A stretch of DNA of 64,000 nucleotides from a virus. Every line of letters begins with the position of its first letter. Position 1 is the first letter of the stretch. The translations under genes and the position numbers were made by a program. Below the pieces are notes generated by a model that was not told the origin of the DNA, did not search any database, and worked only from the letters and a program-made list of their open reading frames with translations. Of this stretch, positions 19,235 through 30,031 are shown one piece after another. The DNA lies in the IMG/VR virus record IMGVR_UViG_3300042398_000969, positions 32,001-96,000 of that record; one strand, 5' to 3'.

Positions 19235-20247
19235 TATGATAAATTTTCGTTTACGTGTTCAATACCTTTTATTTTTTCTATCTCATCTAGGAATAAATTA
19301 TATTCTGGGTGTGTTGGTTCGTAGATACATTGTTCATCCCAATACTCTTTAGTATGGAATGGGAACTTGATGATCTTGAATAATTGTATTCTAGCTTTAT
19401 CACCAAAATATCCTTTAATCATTTTAACAAAATCAACCATCTCTTTGTAGTTGTCTTTTTGAACAACCATTGAGCATATGATAAACTCAAAATTTGGAAT
19501 AACTTCTTTTGAAAGATATTCTAAGTTTGATAATAGAACGTCCCACTTACCATTTAACCTAACCTTCTCGTATGTTTCTTTTGTTGCGGCATCTATTGAT
19601 ATGTGTGCGCTCTTAACATATTGATGAACATTTGGCATTCTTTCCCACATATCCTTATTCCAAAGAGTACCATTTGTATGTAAGTGTATCTTTTTAAGAT
19701 TTGGATATTTCTCAGGCTTGAAGTTAATCAAGTAGTCTCTATATGATTTTGAATAGAACGGATCACCAGTACTGGTAATGTGTAACTCCTCAACTTCATC
19801 ACTATAAGCCTCCTCAATCTTTAATACCTTGTCATCTATCTCCAATATTTTTGTTGGATCTGCATTGATTAAAGATGGTCGACATGATGGGCATTTAAGG
19901 TTGCAACTAAAATCAAAGCAGAAGTTAATCCATTTTGGTTTGTTCCACTCCCTACTCATGAAATCTTCTCTAGTTAATATGTTATGATTTGGTTTATCAT
20001 CTCTAATAACACTATGTAAGTGTGAACATTGTTCTTTATCACAGTATTTGTAAGAACCATCAAGAATGGATTCTCTAACCATCTTAGCTTTATCTCCAAA
20101 CCAATCTTTTTCAAAATCTCCGGTCTCATGAACGTTAACACCCATTAAGTTAGGACAACAAAGATATTGTCTATCATTGTCATAAACTTCTGTGTACATG
20201 AACGGCCAAGTACAAACATATTTCTTTAAATCAACTTCTTTATTCAT
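19234..20247 (-). CDS. Radical SAM enzyme with N-terminal twitch/SPASM-like domain
   Basis: CTWPF...LCC; CNLKCPSC; TGDPF; HTNG; SIDAATKETYEKVRL shared with its neighbour. Confidence 0.9.
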   Translation of the reverse strand: MNKEVDLKKYVCTWPFMYTEVYDNDRQYLCCPNLMGVNVHETGDFEKDWFGDKAKMVRESILDGSYKYCDKEQCSHLHSVIRDDKPNHNILTREDFMSREWNKPKWINFCFDFSCNLKCPSCRPSLINADPTKILEIDDKVLKIEEAYSDEVEELHITSTGDPFYSKSYRDYLINFKPEKYPNLKKIHLHTNGTLWNKDMWERMPNVHQYVKSAHISIDAATKETYEKVRLNGKWDVLLSNLEYLSKEVIPNFEFIICSMVVQKDNYKEMVDFVKMIKGYFGDKARIQLFKIIKFPFHTKEYWDEQCIYEPTHPEYNLFLDEIEKIKGIEHVNENLS

Positions 20248-21481
20248 AATATTTCGATATTTCTGGTATCATCACAGAAATGTTTTGGTTTCTTTTTATA
20301 TCCAAAGCGTTAGTGAATTTTTTAAATAAAACTATTTGATATTCATTTCTCTCTAACGACAGTTGGTTCTTTATTGCTATTAATCTTTCTATCACCCAAT
20401 CAACTTGGAACACATCCGGATACTCTCTACTTTCGATATCACCCAGCGTCTCATCGATCTTAACTATAAGATCATTCTTCAAATTGTCTGGCATGTTCCT
20501 AATATTAAGATAAGAGGGATTTTGCAATATGTGTAGTATAGGTAAAACTGATTTCGATAAGAAGAAGTCAATTAGATCAAACATACAAAACACATTATAT
20601 ATTTGAACGGTGAAATTGGCATTCATCTTTATGTTATCATGATCGACCATGAACTTATATGTCATATCAATCTTATTTTTGGTTATATCCCATACCATCG
20701 GGTATCTAATGTACTCATAAACAGGGCCTAACCCATCAATTGAGAAATCTATGGTTACACGTTTAAACTTACTTAGTTTTTCTAAGGTTTCTTCTTTCAT
20801 CTTTGTTAGATTCGTATTCAATCTAAACTCAATGTTTTTAGCATAATCACCTTCAATCAAGTAATCTAATAATTCATAGAAAGATTTGTTAATCAAAGGC
20901 TCTCCACCAGAAAATCTAATGATTTTAATTGTACTAGCATTATCTCTGATCCCTTGTATGTAACTTGTTAAATCATCGGTGATTTCAAAGTCAACAATTG
21001 GTAAAATTTCACCTAGAGTACTGTCCAATGATATCAACTCCTTATACTCTTTATTAATAAGGTCAGAATCCTGTGGTTGACACATTCTACATTTTAAATT
21101 ACAAAGATTACCAACACGTAGCTCAATTGCTGTTGGGAATTTATCTAGTTGGCCACCATTTTCTTCCGCTACTTTAACACTATCCAAATAGTCTTCATTT
21201 TCCTCGTATATTTCAACCAGATCTTTTCTTAATGATGTACCACCATTTCTTTCAGATCGATAGCATTCTTCACAACCTTTAATTTCCTCACCATTGATGG
21301 CTTTAATCCTAGATTGTTTCATGTAATCGCTATTCCAGAATGTGTCTAGGCTTTCATTAACACCGATACCAACAACCTTATTATCTTTGATTGGTACATG
21401 TAAACAACAAGTTTTATAAACCCCAAAAGAGTCATTCATGACATTGTTAAAAAAGTTAGGACAAATCGTTTTGTTATCCAT
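20240..21481 (-). CDS. Radical SAM enzyme with N-terminal twitch/SPASM-like domain
   Basis: C...TCC...CEEC; CNLKCRMC; FSGGEP; SIDG...YIRYP. Confidence 0.9.
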   Translation of the reverse strand: MDNKTICPNFFNNVMNDSFGVYKTCCLHVPIKDNKVVGIGVNESLDTFWNSDYMKQSRIKAINGEEIKGCEECYRSERNGGTSLRKDLVEIYEENEDYLDSVKVAEENGGQLDKFPTAIELRVGNLCNLKCRMCQPQDSDLINKEYKELISLDSTLGEILPIVDFEITDDLTSYIQGIRDNASTIKIIRFSGGEPLINKSFYELLDYLIEGDYAKNIEFRLNTNLTKMKEETLEKLSKFKRVTIDFSIDGLGPVYEYIRYPMVWDITKNKIDMTYKFMVDHDNIKMNANFTVQIYNVFCMFDLIDFFLSKSVLPILHILQNPSYLNIRNMPDNLKNDLIVKIDETLGDIESREYPDVFQVDWVIERLIAIKNQLSLERNEYQIVLFKKFTNALDIKRNQNISVMIPEISKYYE

Positions 21482-22644
21482 TACAATAATTTTTTAATAA
21501 AATTGTTACCGTCTTCCCATCTTTCTTTTTCTGGGAATATTTCACAAAGTTTTTCATAATAATAATTTCCTAAACCATTGAGATACAGTTTCTTTTGTGA
21601 TTCTAAAATCTCCGTTTCAGTATTACCATATTTTATCTTTTCAACCAACACGTTTAAATGGTCATAACCATTATGTTGTATTGTATGTATATCTTTCATT
21701 CTATCTAGCATGATATTGTTGATATAATCATCAATTTTATGTTCCGCTAAGTGTAAATACCCACACAGATTATGGTACCTTAAGTATTTAAGATCAGTAC
21801 CAATACTTATAACATCTTTTGGTGTGTCTATAAACCTACCTATCTCCATTATCTTCTTCACATTCGAATTTACTGTGAACTTATTGTCATCACCCGGTTT
21901 TGGTATAATAGATAATGATGGATAATCACTAAATAAAAATGTATGTGCTTCAAACATTGTCCAGTTCTTCAAATACCCCTCGGTTATTTTATTATAGATT
22001 GGGAAAAATAATAATTGTTCCACAATCTGAGGTGACCTGAATGTATCAGTGTCTAATAACTCACGATTTGTAAAATAAAAATCAACCAAATAGTCATAAG
22101 TCTTTTTGATGTTCTCCAAATCATAACCACCAAAAATTGACATGTTTGGTATGAAGTCCATTGGCATTGTTTTAAAGAAATCCAATTCAAAACAATCTTT
22201 TAACTTTATGAACAACTCGTAGTAGTACTCGTAAAATGAAATAAACCTAGAATTCTCAATTCTATGTTCAAATCGTGGGTACAACATCACATCAGGGAAA
22301 GCAAAGATTAACTTTTTATTCTCTGGGATCTGAACCCTTTCGAAAAGGAAAGTATCAGTATCGATGTGTAGGAATGGTGTGTTTTGGTGTCTGTATACCT
22401 CCATTTTGGGTATAGCAAAGTTTGGACCATCATAGTTTAGTTTATCCAACAAGTCTGTGTTAATTCTATTGTATGGAAGATCTAATGGTTTTATGATCTC
22501 ATAAATGTCACTTGTGGTATATAAATGAACATTGTCATATAATCTTTTTGCACATAGCAGTGACATGATCATATGGAAGATCGTTCTTTTGTTAGTATAG
22601 TCTGGTTTTGAACTAACGTTAGCCCATGTGTGGATTATGTTCAT
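21481..22644 (-). CDS. DxD nucleotide-sugar transferase-like protein (DUF6734-like)
   Basis: AIPK...PFLHIDTD, PNMSIFGG, VEQ, YLHL. Confidence 0.55.
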   Translation of the reverse strand: MNIIHTWANVSSKPDYTNKRTIFHMIMSLLCAKRLYDNVHLYTTSDIYEIIKPLDLPYNRINTDLLDKLNYDGPNFAIPKMEVYRHQNTPFLHIDTDTFLFERVQIPENKKLIFAFPDVMLYPRFEHRIENSRFISFYEYYYELFIKLKDCFELDFFKTMPMDFIPNMSIFGGYDLENIKKTYDYLVDFYFTNRELLDTDTFRSPQIVEQLLFFPIYNKITEGYLKNWTMFEAHTFLFSDYPSLSIIPKPGDDNKFTVNSNVKKIMEIGRFIDTPKDVISIGTDLKYLRYHNLCGYLHLAEHKIDDYINNIMLDRMKDIHTIQHNGYDHLNVLVEKIKYGNTETEILESQKKLYLNGLGNYYYEKLCEIFPEKERWEDGNNFIKKLL

Positions 22645-23261
22645 AAATAAAATCTATTCAGTAGGTTGAAGTGCGGTGACCTATCCCAAACTTTTTGTTC
22701 TGTTTTCCTGTTGAAATCATAACAACCAAGTATATTAATATCTATTTCACTTTCACTTTCCAACGCTCTTATTTCATCAATATAACACATTTTTTTCGCA
22801 ATAACTAATCCGGTTAAATCATACTCAATATTGTCAGCATGACCACCACCAAAATTATATGTGCTGGTTGGTAAAAATATCATATTACCCATAAAACTAT
22901 GTACCAATGAGTCATTTATGTATATGAAATTTTCATTATCTCTTCCACTTAATAAAATCTCAAAAGAGGTTTCACCTTTCATTTCTGCATAAAACTTAAG
23001 AACACCCTTTTCTTTATCTTCTTGATCATCAACGTGTCTAAAGGTGAACTGTAATTGATCATCACATATTTGTATGCCCAGTTCATCATTACCTTTCCAC
23101 ACAATATTAGAAACAGAATCTTGTATACCACCAATTAAATCAAATTTGATATAGAAGGTATATTCGTTAGAATTGTCAAATGCTAATATATTACCGCTAT
23201 TCATACCATATGATATGATATCCGGATTTAAGCACCAGGGTTCCTTATATTTTATTATCAT
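22641..23261 (-). CDS. Concanavalin A/LamG-like lectin domain protein
   Basis: Beta-rich, with YTF, IYIND and YDFN...VWDRS patterns resembling the LamG inserts of the GT7 genes. Confidence 0.45.
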   Translation of the reverse strand: MIIKYKEPWCLNPDIISYGMNSGNILAFDNSNEYTFYIKFDLIGGIQDSVSNIVWKGNDELGIQICDDQLQFTFRHVDDQEDKEKGVLKFYAEMKGETSFEILLSGRDNENFIYINDSLVHSFMGNMIFLPTSTYNFGGGHADNIEYDLTGLVIAKKMCYIDEIRALESESEIDINILGCYDFNRKTEQKVWDRSPHFNLLNRFYL

Positions 23262-24634
23262 ATTAAATGTGTTTTATAAAAATCTTCTAACTCTGGAAAA
23301 GTTTTGACAAAATCAGTTCCTCTTCTTTGATCGATTTGTTTAATGTAATGTGAAAACGTTTTTCTTTGTTTAAATAATTCATTATCATCTATTGGTGATA
23401 TTGCCCAATCATACGTTCGTTTAAGTTTCTGTATTTCCATATCAGAACATCCCATATGTGTGTGATCATACATAAGAGTAGCGTTGAATAGTGCCAATTT
23501 AGATTGCTCTAAAATGTTATGTTTCATTTGATGTGGTAATATTTGAATACTCATGAAATTAGGGTAACGCAAATATGATGTATCAAATATCGCTGGTTGT
23601 ATCCAACATCTTTGTTCATTCTGATGTACTCTTTTCAACTCCAGAACATCTAAAATAAATTTATCAAATGAGAAGACGCTTAAAGCGTTATATGTAACCA
23701 TGAAATCAATAGTCACTTGTGGTAACTCTGTCAATATTTTATTAACGTTATTCATGAATCTATTATAATCCATACCATTTCTAAGATATTCCGCTTGTTT
23801 ACCGTGGGCATCACATGATGTGAATATTACTAGTTCTCTAATTCTACCTTCACCCAATATGCGTTTACATTTCTCAATTAAATTATCAATTAGTTTGTCA
23901 GGTACACCTAGATTGGTATTGATGGCTAGATTTAAATTTCTATTAGGTTCTTTTTGTTCTAATATGTAATCTAAAACACCCCAAGTATCTTTTGATAATA
24001 AGGGTTCTCCACCAGTAATTCTAAATGTGTGTAGATCTCTATATAGTTCCGGCCACCACTCCCAAAATGCATCAACATATGGATTATGTTCTGAATTTAA
24101 ATAAGGTGTGGTTTCTTCATTAAAATGATTAAAACCATTTTCATATGGTCCGTATTTTTTAAGTTCTTCAACCCATGAACTTGAGAATTGTGGGCCACAG
24201 TACATACATTTGAAGTTACAAGTATTGCTAAATGCTACCTCAACATATTTTGGATTAAAATCCGCTCTCCAATTCAAATCTTTAATTTCATTATAATATT
24301 CCCAAGACCATGGTTCAGATGATTTAAAAACCCTATCAGAATATCTATCCGAATTGTCTTCTATTTTCCAACAATATTCACATTCCGATGGTCTACCGCC
24401 ATTTAACATTTCACGTCTTTTCTCTTTTTTAAATCTCGTGTTATGTAATGCGGATGGATTGTTTTTAATTTCAATCTCAGGTATCTTATGAAGACTTGGG
24501 TGGTGACATGAGTGGTTGTGCCCAGTATGTAATTGTAACGTTACTTGTGTCCATTTAGCTAGACACATACCATTACCAATCCCATTGAGTGATTCACTTA
24601 CTTTTTCATAATGTTTATTAATGTCTATACTCAT
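23258..24634 (-). CDS. Radical SAM enzyme with N-terminal twitch/SPASM-like domain
   Basis: CLAKW...SCHHP...CEYCWKIED; CNFKCMYC; ITGGEP; paralog of 16916..18235. Confidence 0.9.
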   Translation of the reverse strand: MSIDINKHYEKVSESLNGIGNGMCLAKWTQVTLQLHTGHNHSCHHPSLHKIPEIEIKNNPSALHNTRFKKEKRREMLNGGRPSECEYCWKIEDNSDRYSDRVFKSSEPWSWEYYNEIKDLNWRADFNPKYVEVAFSNTCNFKCMYCGPQFSSSWVEELKKYGPYENGFNHFNEETTPYLNSEHNPYVDAFWEWWPELYRDLHTFRITGGEPLLSKDTWGVLDYILEQKEPNRNLNLAINTNLGVPDKLIDNLIEKCKRILGEGRIRELVIFTSCDAHGKQAEYLRNGMDYNRFMNNVNKILTELPQVTIDFMVTYNALSVFSFDKFILDVLELKRVHQNEQRCWIQPAIFDTSYLRYPNFMSIQILPHQMKHNILEQSKLALFNATLMYDHTHMGCSDMEIQKLKRTYDWAISPIDDNELFKQRKTFSHYIKQIDQRRGTDFVKTFPELEDFYKTHLI

Positions 24635-25851
24635 ATTGATTTTATTTCATTTTCAATCCATGGACTCACACTTCTAAAGTCACTATTTCTCAGCACATCT
24701 AATTTCTTCACAAAATCTAATGTATTGTGCTCCGTTCTTGTTGGTTCGAAAACATTTAAATAATTAATAAACCCGTTTAGATCGTCCTTTATTTTTTGTG
24801 TTAACGTTGTATCTTTTGCTACGTTCTCAGTAATAAAATTCCTAACTTTAACTTTAAACTCTTCGCTGGTATTTCCAACAGACAAATGATATGGATATGT
24901 TACCCATTGTGTCATAACATTATCGAAAAACAAATCTTCTTGTTTGATATAATCGATAAAATCAAAAAAGTGAAACACATTAAAGATCGATATGGTGAAG
25001 TTAAAAGAGAAACTAATTGAATGATATTTCGTTTTGCTTAAATCTCTTAACTTCTTTACATTAGCGAAGAACTTCTCATGTGAGAATCCTGTTCTAATAT
25101 ATTCACCCATTTCACCATAGCCGTCACAAGAAACAACCATGTGACAGTTTTTAAAGTTTGATAACAATTCTAATATATCTGTTTTCTTATACATAAGATT
25201 TGATAGATTAGTATTAATAACAATTTCACATTCTTTCGCATTTGGAAGCAACTGATTTAGATATTGAAATGTCTCATCCATGATCAATGGTTCACCACCA
25301 GCCAAATATACCCAGTTTAAATTGTTTGTATGTTTATCCAGCTTCTGTACAAAATTATCACCAATCTTTATTGACTTGTTATCCATGTTCACAACGTGAT
25401 TAGGATAAACTATTTTAGCATCCTCATACCAGTTTGTTGAATAGATCGGTGCACACATTCTGCACGAGAAATTACATAGGTTGGAAAATCTTAAGTCAGT
25501 TGATTTTAACTTGGAGATGTTATAATTTTCATCCACCAATTCTTGGGATAAATCAACATAGTTTTTACCAGTGATTCTTTCCCATAGGTTATTAAAATCA
25601 TTTCTCATCCCATGACCATTCTTGAAACAAATGTCACATACTTTTGGCTTCTCGCCGTTTAGCATTTGCTTACGTAATTCTAAGAATTTTGGGTGGTTGA
25701 TAACATCATCAATATCACCCTCATTAACAGAAATATCCCAGCCGTCTGATATACAGCAGGGAGCAACTAAACCATCTGTTCTAACAAATAAATGTAGAAA
25801 AGGAAGAATACATATTGATTCTTTTAAAACATCATCTCTATCCATGGACAT
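24631..25851 (-). CDS. Radical SAM enzyme with N-terminal twitch/SPASM-like domain
   Basis: CILPF...PCC...CDIC; CNFSCRMC; LAGGEP. Confidence 0.9.
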   Translation of the reverse strand: MSMDRDDVLKESICILPFLHLFVRTDGLVAPCCISDGWDISVNEGDIDDVINHPKFLELRKQMLNGEKPKVCDICFKNGHGMRNDFNNLWERITGKNYVDLSQELVDENYNISKLKSTDLRFSNLCNFSCRMCAPIYSTNWYEDAKIVYPNHVVNMDNKSIKIGDNFVQKLDKHTNNLNWVYLAGGEPLIMDETFQYLNQLLPNAKECEIVINTNLSNLMYKKTDILELLSNFKNCHMVVSCDGYGEMGEYIRTGFSHEKFFANVKKLRDLSKTKYHSISFSFNFTISIFNVFHFFDFIDYIKQEDLFFDNVMTQWVTYPYHLSVGNTSEEFKVKVRNFITENVAKDTTLTQKIKDDLNGFINYLNVFEPTRTEHNTLDFVKKLDVLRNSDFRSVSPWIENEIKSI

Positions 25852-27017
25852 ATATTTTTGTAACTTGTGTTTCTCATTAGATCTAATTTTTGAAAATAAA
25901 CTTTTAAATCATTTCTATGAAAATCTCCTTTAATTATTTTTGAATCAATTCTAACATAATCTTTAAACGTTTGCATGATATCATATATGTTAGAAGCATA
26001 TTGTTTTTTCGCTAAGTTCTCGTCAATATAATTGATTACCTTTTCTTTAAATTCATCTGGTGCAGCACCAACCGCAAAATAGTATGGTGTTGTCGCCCAA
26101 TGAAAATGCATCTTCTCCTGTGGTAAATAACCATTACCGGAAACATAATCAATAAAGTCAAAGATATGAAATATATTCATCAATGTTATTGTATATTCAA
26201 TTTCAGCATAAACATTTTTATGTGTCTTATTGAACTCAACAATTTTACTTAAATTATTGAAGAACTTTTCTGAAACAAACCCAGTTCTCTGAAATTCTCC
26301 AACCTCACCATAACCATCACAAGAACAACCAATGATAACATTGTTGAATTTCTTAAGTTCCTCTAATACATCTCTGTCTTTGTACTTTAGTGTGGATAGA
26401 TTGGTGTTGATATACATGTTAATACCTTTAGCTTGCTCTTCACCAAAACGATCAAGTAATTTAAAGATATTATCATTGATAAATGGTTCACCACCAGCTA
26501 AGTATAAGTGGTGTATGTGTTTTAAATCTTCATCTGTGAACTTATCAACCGGGTCTTTACCAATATCAATAAATTTGGTATGTGAATCAGAGAATCCTTT
26601 CCCATATATCTCAGTTAGGTCATCATGCCATGATGATGATAAGCTTGGGCCACACATTCTACACTTAAAGTTACATAAATTAGAAAATCTAACATCTAGA
26701 TATTCCAATCTGTTAACGCTATAATCAGGATTTATCAATGTTGGGTCATCCATTTTGTGTGACCACATTTTATTCCAATTATCCTTTAACGTGTTACCTT
26801 GTTTAAAGCACACATCACATGATCTAGGTGCCGTACCTTCGTCCATTTCTTTTCTTAGTTGTTTAAACTGTTCGCTATTAAACAACTCCATGATTGTTGG
26901 ATAATCATTAAAATTCAAATCCTTATCGAATTTGCTTGATATACAACAAGGTCTAACTGACCCATCTGGATCAACATAGATTGATGTATAACCTAATACG
27001 CATTGTGTACTTTTCAT
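25824..27017 (-). CDS. Radical SAM enzyme with N-terminal twitch/SPASM-like domain
   Basis: C...PCC...CDVC; CNFKCRMC; LAGGEP; tandem paralog of 24631..25851. Confidence 0.9.
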   Translation of the reverse strand: MKSTQCVLGYTSIYVDPDGSVRPCCISSKFDKDLNFNDYPTIMELFNSEQFKQLRKEMDEGTAPRSCDVCFKQGNTLKDNWNKMWSHKMDDPTLINPDYSVNRLEYLDVRFSNLCNFKCRMCGPSLSSSWHDDLTEIYGKGFSDSHTKFIDIGKDPVDKFTDEDLKHIHHLYLAGGEPFINDNIFKLLDRFGEEQAKGINMYINTNLSTLKYKDRDVLEELKKFNNVIIGCSCDGYGEVGEFQRTGFVSEKFFNNLSKIVEFNKTHKNVYAEIEYTITLMNIFHIFDFIDYVSGNGYLPQEKMHFHWATTPYYFAVGAAPDEFKEKVINYIDENLAKKQYASNIYDIMQTFKDYVRIDSKIIKGDFHRNDLKVYFQKLDLMRNTSYKNICPWIEMMF

Positions 27018-28423
27018 TTCATTTTTACATTTATAAATTTAGTGTTTGGGTATAAGCTATCGTCGACATTTACTATCTCCATAGTATCCAAAACATTTTT
27101 TAAACCATCTTCTTTATAGTTTATCTTTCCTTGTTGCATTTCTGTAACAAATCTTTTTTCATTTCTTGCAGTTGTTTCACCTTTAGCCCATCTACCATGT
27201 ATAAACCCCTCGTCAACATGTGGCAAACAATAAAATTTACCTTCTCTTCTATATGGAATAATATTTTCAATTATTTCAATATCTTCAGTAGTTAGATTAA
27301 CGTTTTGTCTAATTACGTCTTGGCTATTCATATCCATATTTAAAATAAGATTTTCTGTGTTTGTATAAACATCCTCTACGTTGTTGAAAAACTTATCATA
27401 AATTTTAAAATCAGATATTTTACCTTTAAATCTTGTATTACTATGTGAACAAAATCCTAACAAGAACGGTTTAACCGAATCGTGAGTTTTTAAATGTTCT
27501 TTGATTTGAAATGGAACATTTTCTTTAGTTCCACTTCTTTGTGATATAAGTTCATCATTTACATAAATGTACACACTTTTTTCTTCTGAATTATAACTAA
27601 GTGTTACTTGTGTCCACATTCCTTCAAATCTTTTTGCCCAGTTGTAATGTCTCATGTTTGTTCTATCAAACACAGTAACCGTTACTGCTCTAGAATTGTT
27701 GAAAGATAAACCCCATGTCCAGCTACCATCTTTTCTTAATATTGGATATTCAATAAATTGTTTATTTTGATCCCCTACTAGCCAAATTGGTACCTTATTC
27801 TCTTGTTGTTCAGCATTAAATGTTAAAGTTATTGTGTGATCGTTATGTAAGCATGAACTAATTTCTCTATTTGTTGGTACATATATTGCAGAATCATCCC
27901 CATTAAAAGTTGCTATTAACTTATCTTTTTCTGTTTTTATAATTCTACCGGTAGTCAATCCCTCAAAATAACATCTCCAGAATAAATCATCATCTTCTTG
28001 TCCCCAGTCCCAATATTCATTTGAATATCCATTGGTATTATATGCTTGTTCTTTGTTAAATAAAACAACCCCACCGAAGTACTGATCATAACCCAATCCA
28101 TAGTTGTACTTTGATAGTTTTGTAGCAATGTGTAGTGGGAAGTTTTCTGGGTATGCATAACTAACACCAACCTCTTCTTTGTTATAAACTAACATATCCA
28201 CGTCATGCCAAGCCACATAGTCACATCCATCTTCAAAAGCGTGGTGTGCAGCAATGTTTTTCATTGCACCTCTGTTAAATAATTTATCATCAACTTGATG
28301 ACCAACATAAAATGTGTGATCAATACCCTGATTAGTTAGTTCTTTTGACAGATGTGGTATTAAAGACTCAATATGTTCTTTTCTATTTCTGTATGGTATG
28401 CATATACCTAATTTATGACTCAT
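27014..28423 (-). CDS. GT7 (beta-1,4-galactosyltransferase-like) glycosyltransferase with inserted LamG domain
   Basis: IPYRNR, FNRG, HDVD, YFGGV, NGYSNEYWDWGQEDDD; then LamG-like FNG...IYVND...FKGKISD; then GT7 tail PH...DGL. Confidence 0.85.
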   Translation of the reverse strand: MSHKLGICIPYRNRKEHIESLIPHLSKELTNQGIDHTFYVGHQVDDKLFNRGAMKNIAAHHAFEDGCDYVAWHDVDMLVYNKEEVGVSYAYPENFPLHIATKLSKYNYGLGYDQYFGGVVLFNKEQAYNTNGYSNEYWDWGQEDDDLFWRCYFEGLTTGRIIKTEKDKLIATFNGDDSAIYVPTNREISSCLHNDHTITLTFNAEQQENKVPIWLVGDQNKQFIEYPILRKDGSWTWGLSFNNSRAVTVTVFDRTNMRHYNWAKRFEGMWTQVTLSYNSEEKSVYIYVNDELISQRSGTKENVPFQIKEHLKTHDSVKPFLLGFCSHSNTRFKGKISDFKIYDKFFNNVEDVYTNTENLILNMDMNSQDVIRQNVNLTTEDIEIIENIIPYRREGKFYCLPHVDEGFIHGRWAKGETTARNEKRFVTEMQQGKINYKEDGLKNVLDTMEIVNVDDSLYPNTKFINVKMK

Positions 28424-29847
28424 ATTCCAATTATTGCGTGATATGTTTTATTGTCCCTCATTAAACCATGTTGCACAAAGTCTAAATCAGATAGCCCGTC
28501 GTTATATAACAACTCTTTATTTATTGATACCTCATTTAAAAATCTAAGTTGATTCCATCTAGTCGCCTGATCTTTCCATTTTGTACCAAGAAACCCATTT
28601 TGTTCATGTGGTAAAGATTTAAATAAAGAGGGTCTTCTATATGGTATTTTAACCTCTGTAAATTCATCATAATTACTATCAACAATTTCACATTTTATTA
28701 TGATACCATTATTACCATTGCCAGATAAATCTACCAATTGATAGTTTTCGATGAAATTAACATCATAATATGTTTTTAGGTCTAATGATGATTTATATCT
28801 TTTAAAATTATTTGTTAAATCTTCGTTTTCGTTTGTTGAGATATCAAAAACCTCGTCACTTTCTAACATGTCATCAAAATAAGCAAACCTATCAATCGTT
28901 CCTCTAAAATAATTTTCAGTTTTTTCTCTATTTGGATTACCAACACCTAAATAAAAAAATTCTTCTTTTTTATAAAAATGTAACTTTTTAAAAACTGGTG
29001 TTTCCCCAATAAAAACACCATCTTGATAAACCTTTATAATTTTTTCATCCCTATCTAAAACAACCGTCATGTTTGTTTTGTAATTAGGTTTTATTTTTGA
29101 ATTCACATACAATGCGTTATGTGAAATATCAAATGCACAAAAATTATATCTCGAAAATGAATTATAGCAAATAGCAAAATCCCAACCAGGAATACTAAAA
29201 ACTGTAAACTCATCAGTTTCTCTAGTGTGATCTAAATTTAGTTTATCTGGATAAAATGAAATAAAAAAAGTAGCGTTTGAATTTAAATTAATAATGTTTT
29301 TACATTTAACAAAAGCATTATTACCATTGAATCTTAAAGACTTACCATTTCTACCAAAGTTTTTTATTTTTAATGAATCTAAATTAATGTTGTTCTCCTT
29401 ACATCTTAATAATAAATCATCATCTTCATATCCCCAAGCCCAATACTTATTTGAATACCCATTTATTTTTTTAAAATCCTCAACTGGAAACATTGTAACT
29501 CCACCAAAATATTCTTCAAACATGTCTCTTTCTTTTTCGTCATTTTCATATTCGAAATTTGTAGATAAATGAAGTGGTTTATCACTATAAGAATAATCAA
29601 CCTCTGATGGTATCATATCAATATCATGAAACACAACATAATCACATTTGTGCTCTAGTGCATACTTAAATCCAATATTAAGTAACATACCTCTATTGAA
29701 TTGCTTAGCACCATCTTGTTCAACGATAAAAATATTGTGGTCTATCCCATTTTTACTGAGATAAAACGGCATCAATCTTTTAAACTTAGAAAGTTGTGAT
29801 AATCTATCTCTGTAAGGTACAATAACACCGAGTTTATGTTTATCCAT
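28420..29847 (-). CDS. GT7 glycosyltransferase with inserted LamG domain
   Basis: VPYRDR, FNRG, HDID, YFGGV, NGYSNKYWAWGYEDDD; LamG-like SLRFNG...FRGTID...DLSGNGNNG; then PH...DGL. Confidence 0.85.
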   Translation of the reverse strand: MDKHKLGVIVPYRDRLSQLSKFKRLMPFYLSKNGIDHNIFIVEQDGAKQFNRGMLLNIGFKYALEHKCDYVVFHDIDMIPSEVDYSYSDKPLHLSTNFEYENDEKERDMFEEYFGGVTMFPVEDFKKINGYSNKYWAWGYEDDDLLLRCKENNINLDSLKIKNFGRNGKSLRFNGNNAFVKCKNIINLNSNATFFISFYPDKLNLDHTRETDEFTVFSIPGWDFAICYNSFSRYNFCAFDISHNALYVNSKIKPNYKTNMTVVLDRDEKIIKVYQDGVFIGETPVFKKLHFYKKEEFFYLGVGNPNREKTENYFRGTIDRFAYFDDMLESDEVFDISTNENEDLTNNFKRYKSSLDLKTYYDVNFIENYQLVDLSGNGNNGIIIKCEIVDSNYDEFTEVKIPYRRPSLFKSLPHEQNGFLGTKWKDQATRWNQLRFLNEVSINKELLYNDGLSDLDFVQHGLMRDNKTYHAIIGI

Positions 29848-30031
29848 TTATTGTTGGGTCCTTTGGTTTAGCAATGTTATGCCATTCAGCTAAATAATAT
29901 TGAATTCTATCACTCCACTCTTGTTTGTCGATCTCTTCAAACCAAATGGTCAACGCATCTAATGAATTAGCAATCTTTTCTAGTGCTTTTACTTTCTTTT
30001 GCTCTAACGCAAATTCTTCTTCTTTTGTCAT
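29840..30031 (-). CDS. Small hypothetical protein
   Basis: 63-aa ORF overlapping both neighbours. Confidence 0.65.
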   Translation of the reverse strand: MTKEEEFALEQKKVKALEKIANSLDALTIWFEEIDKQEWSDRIQYYLAEWHNIAKPKDPTING

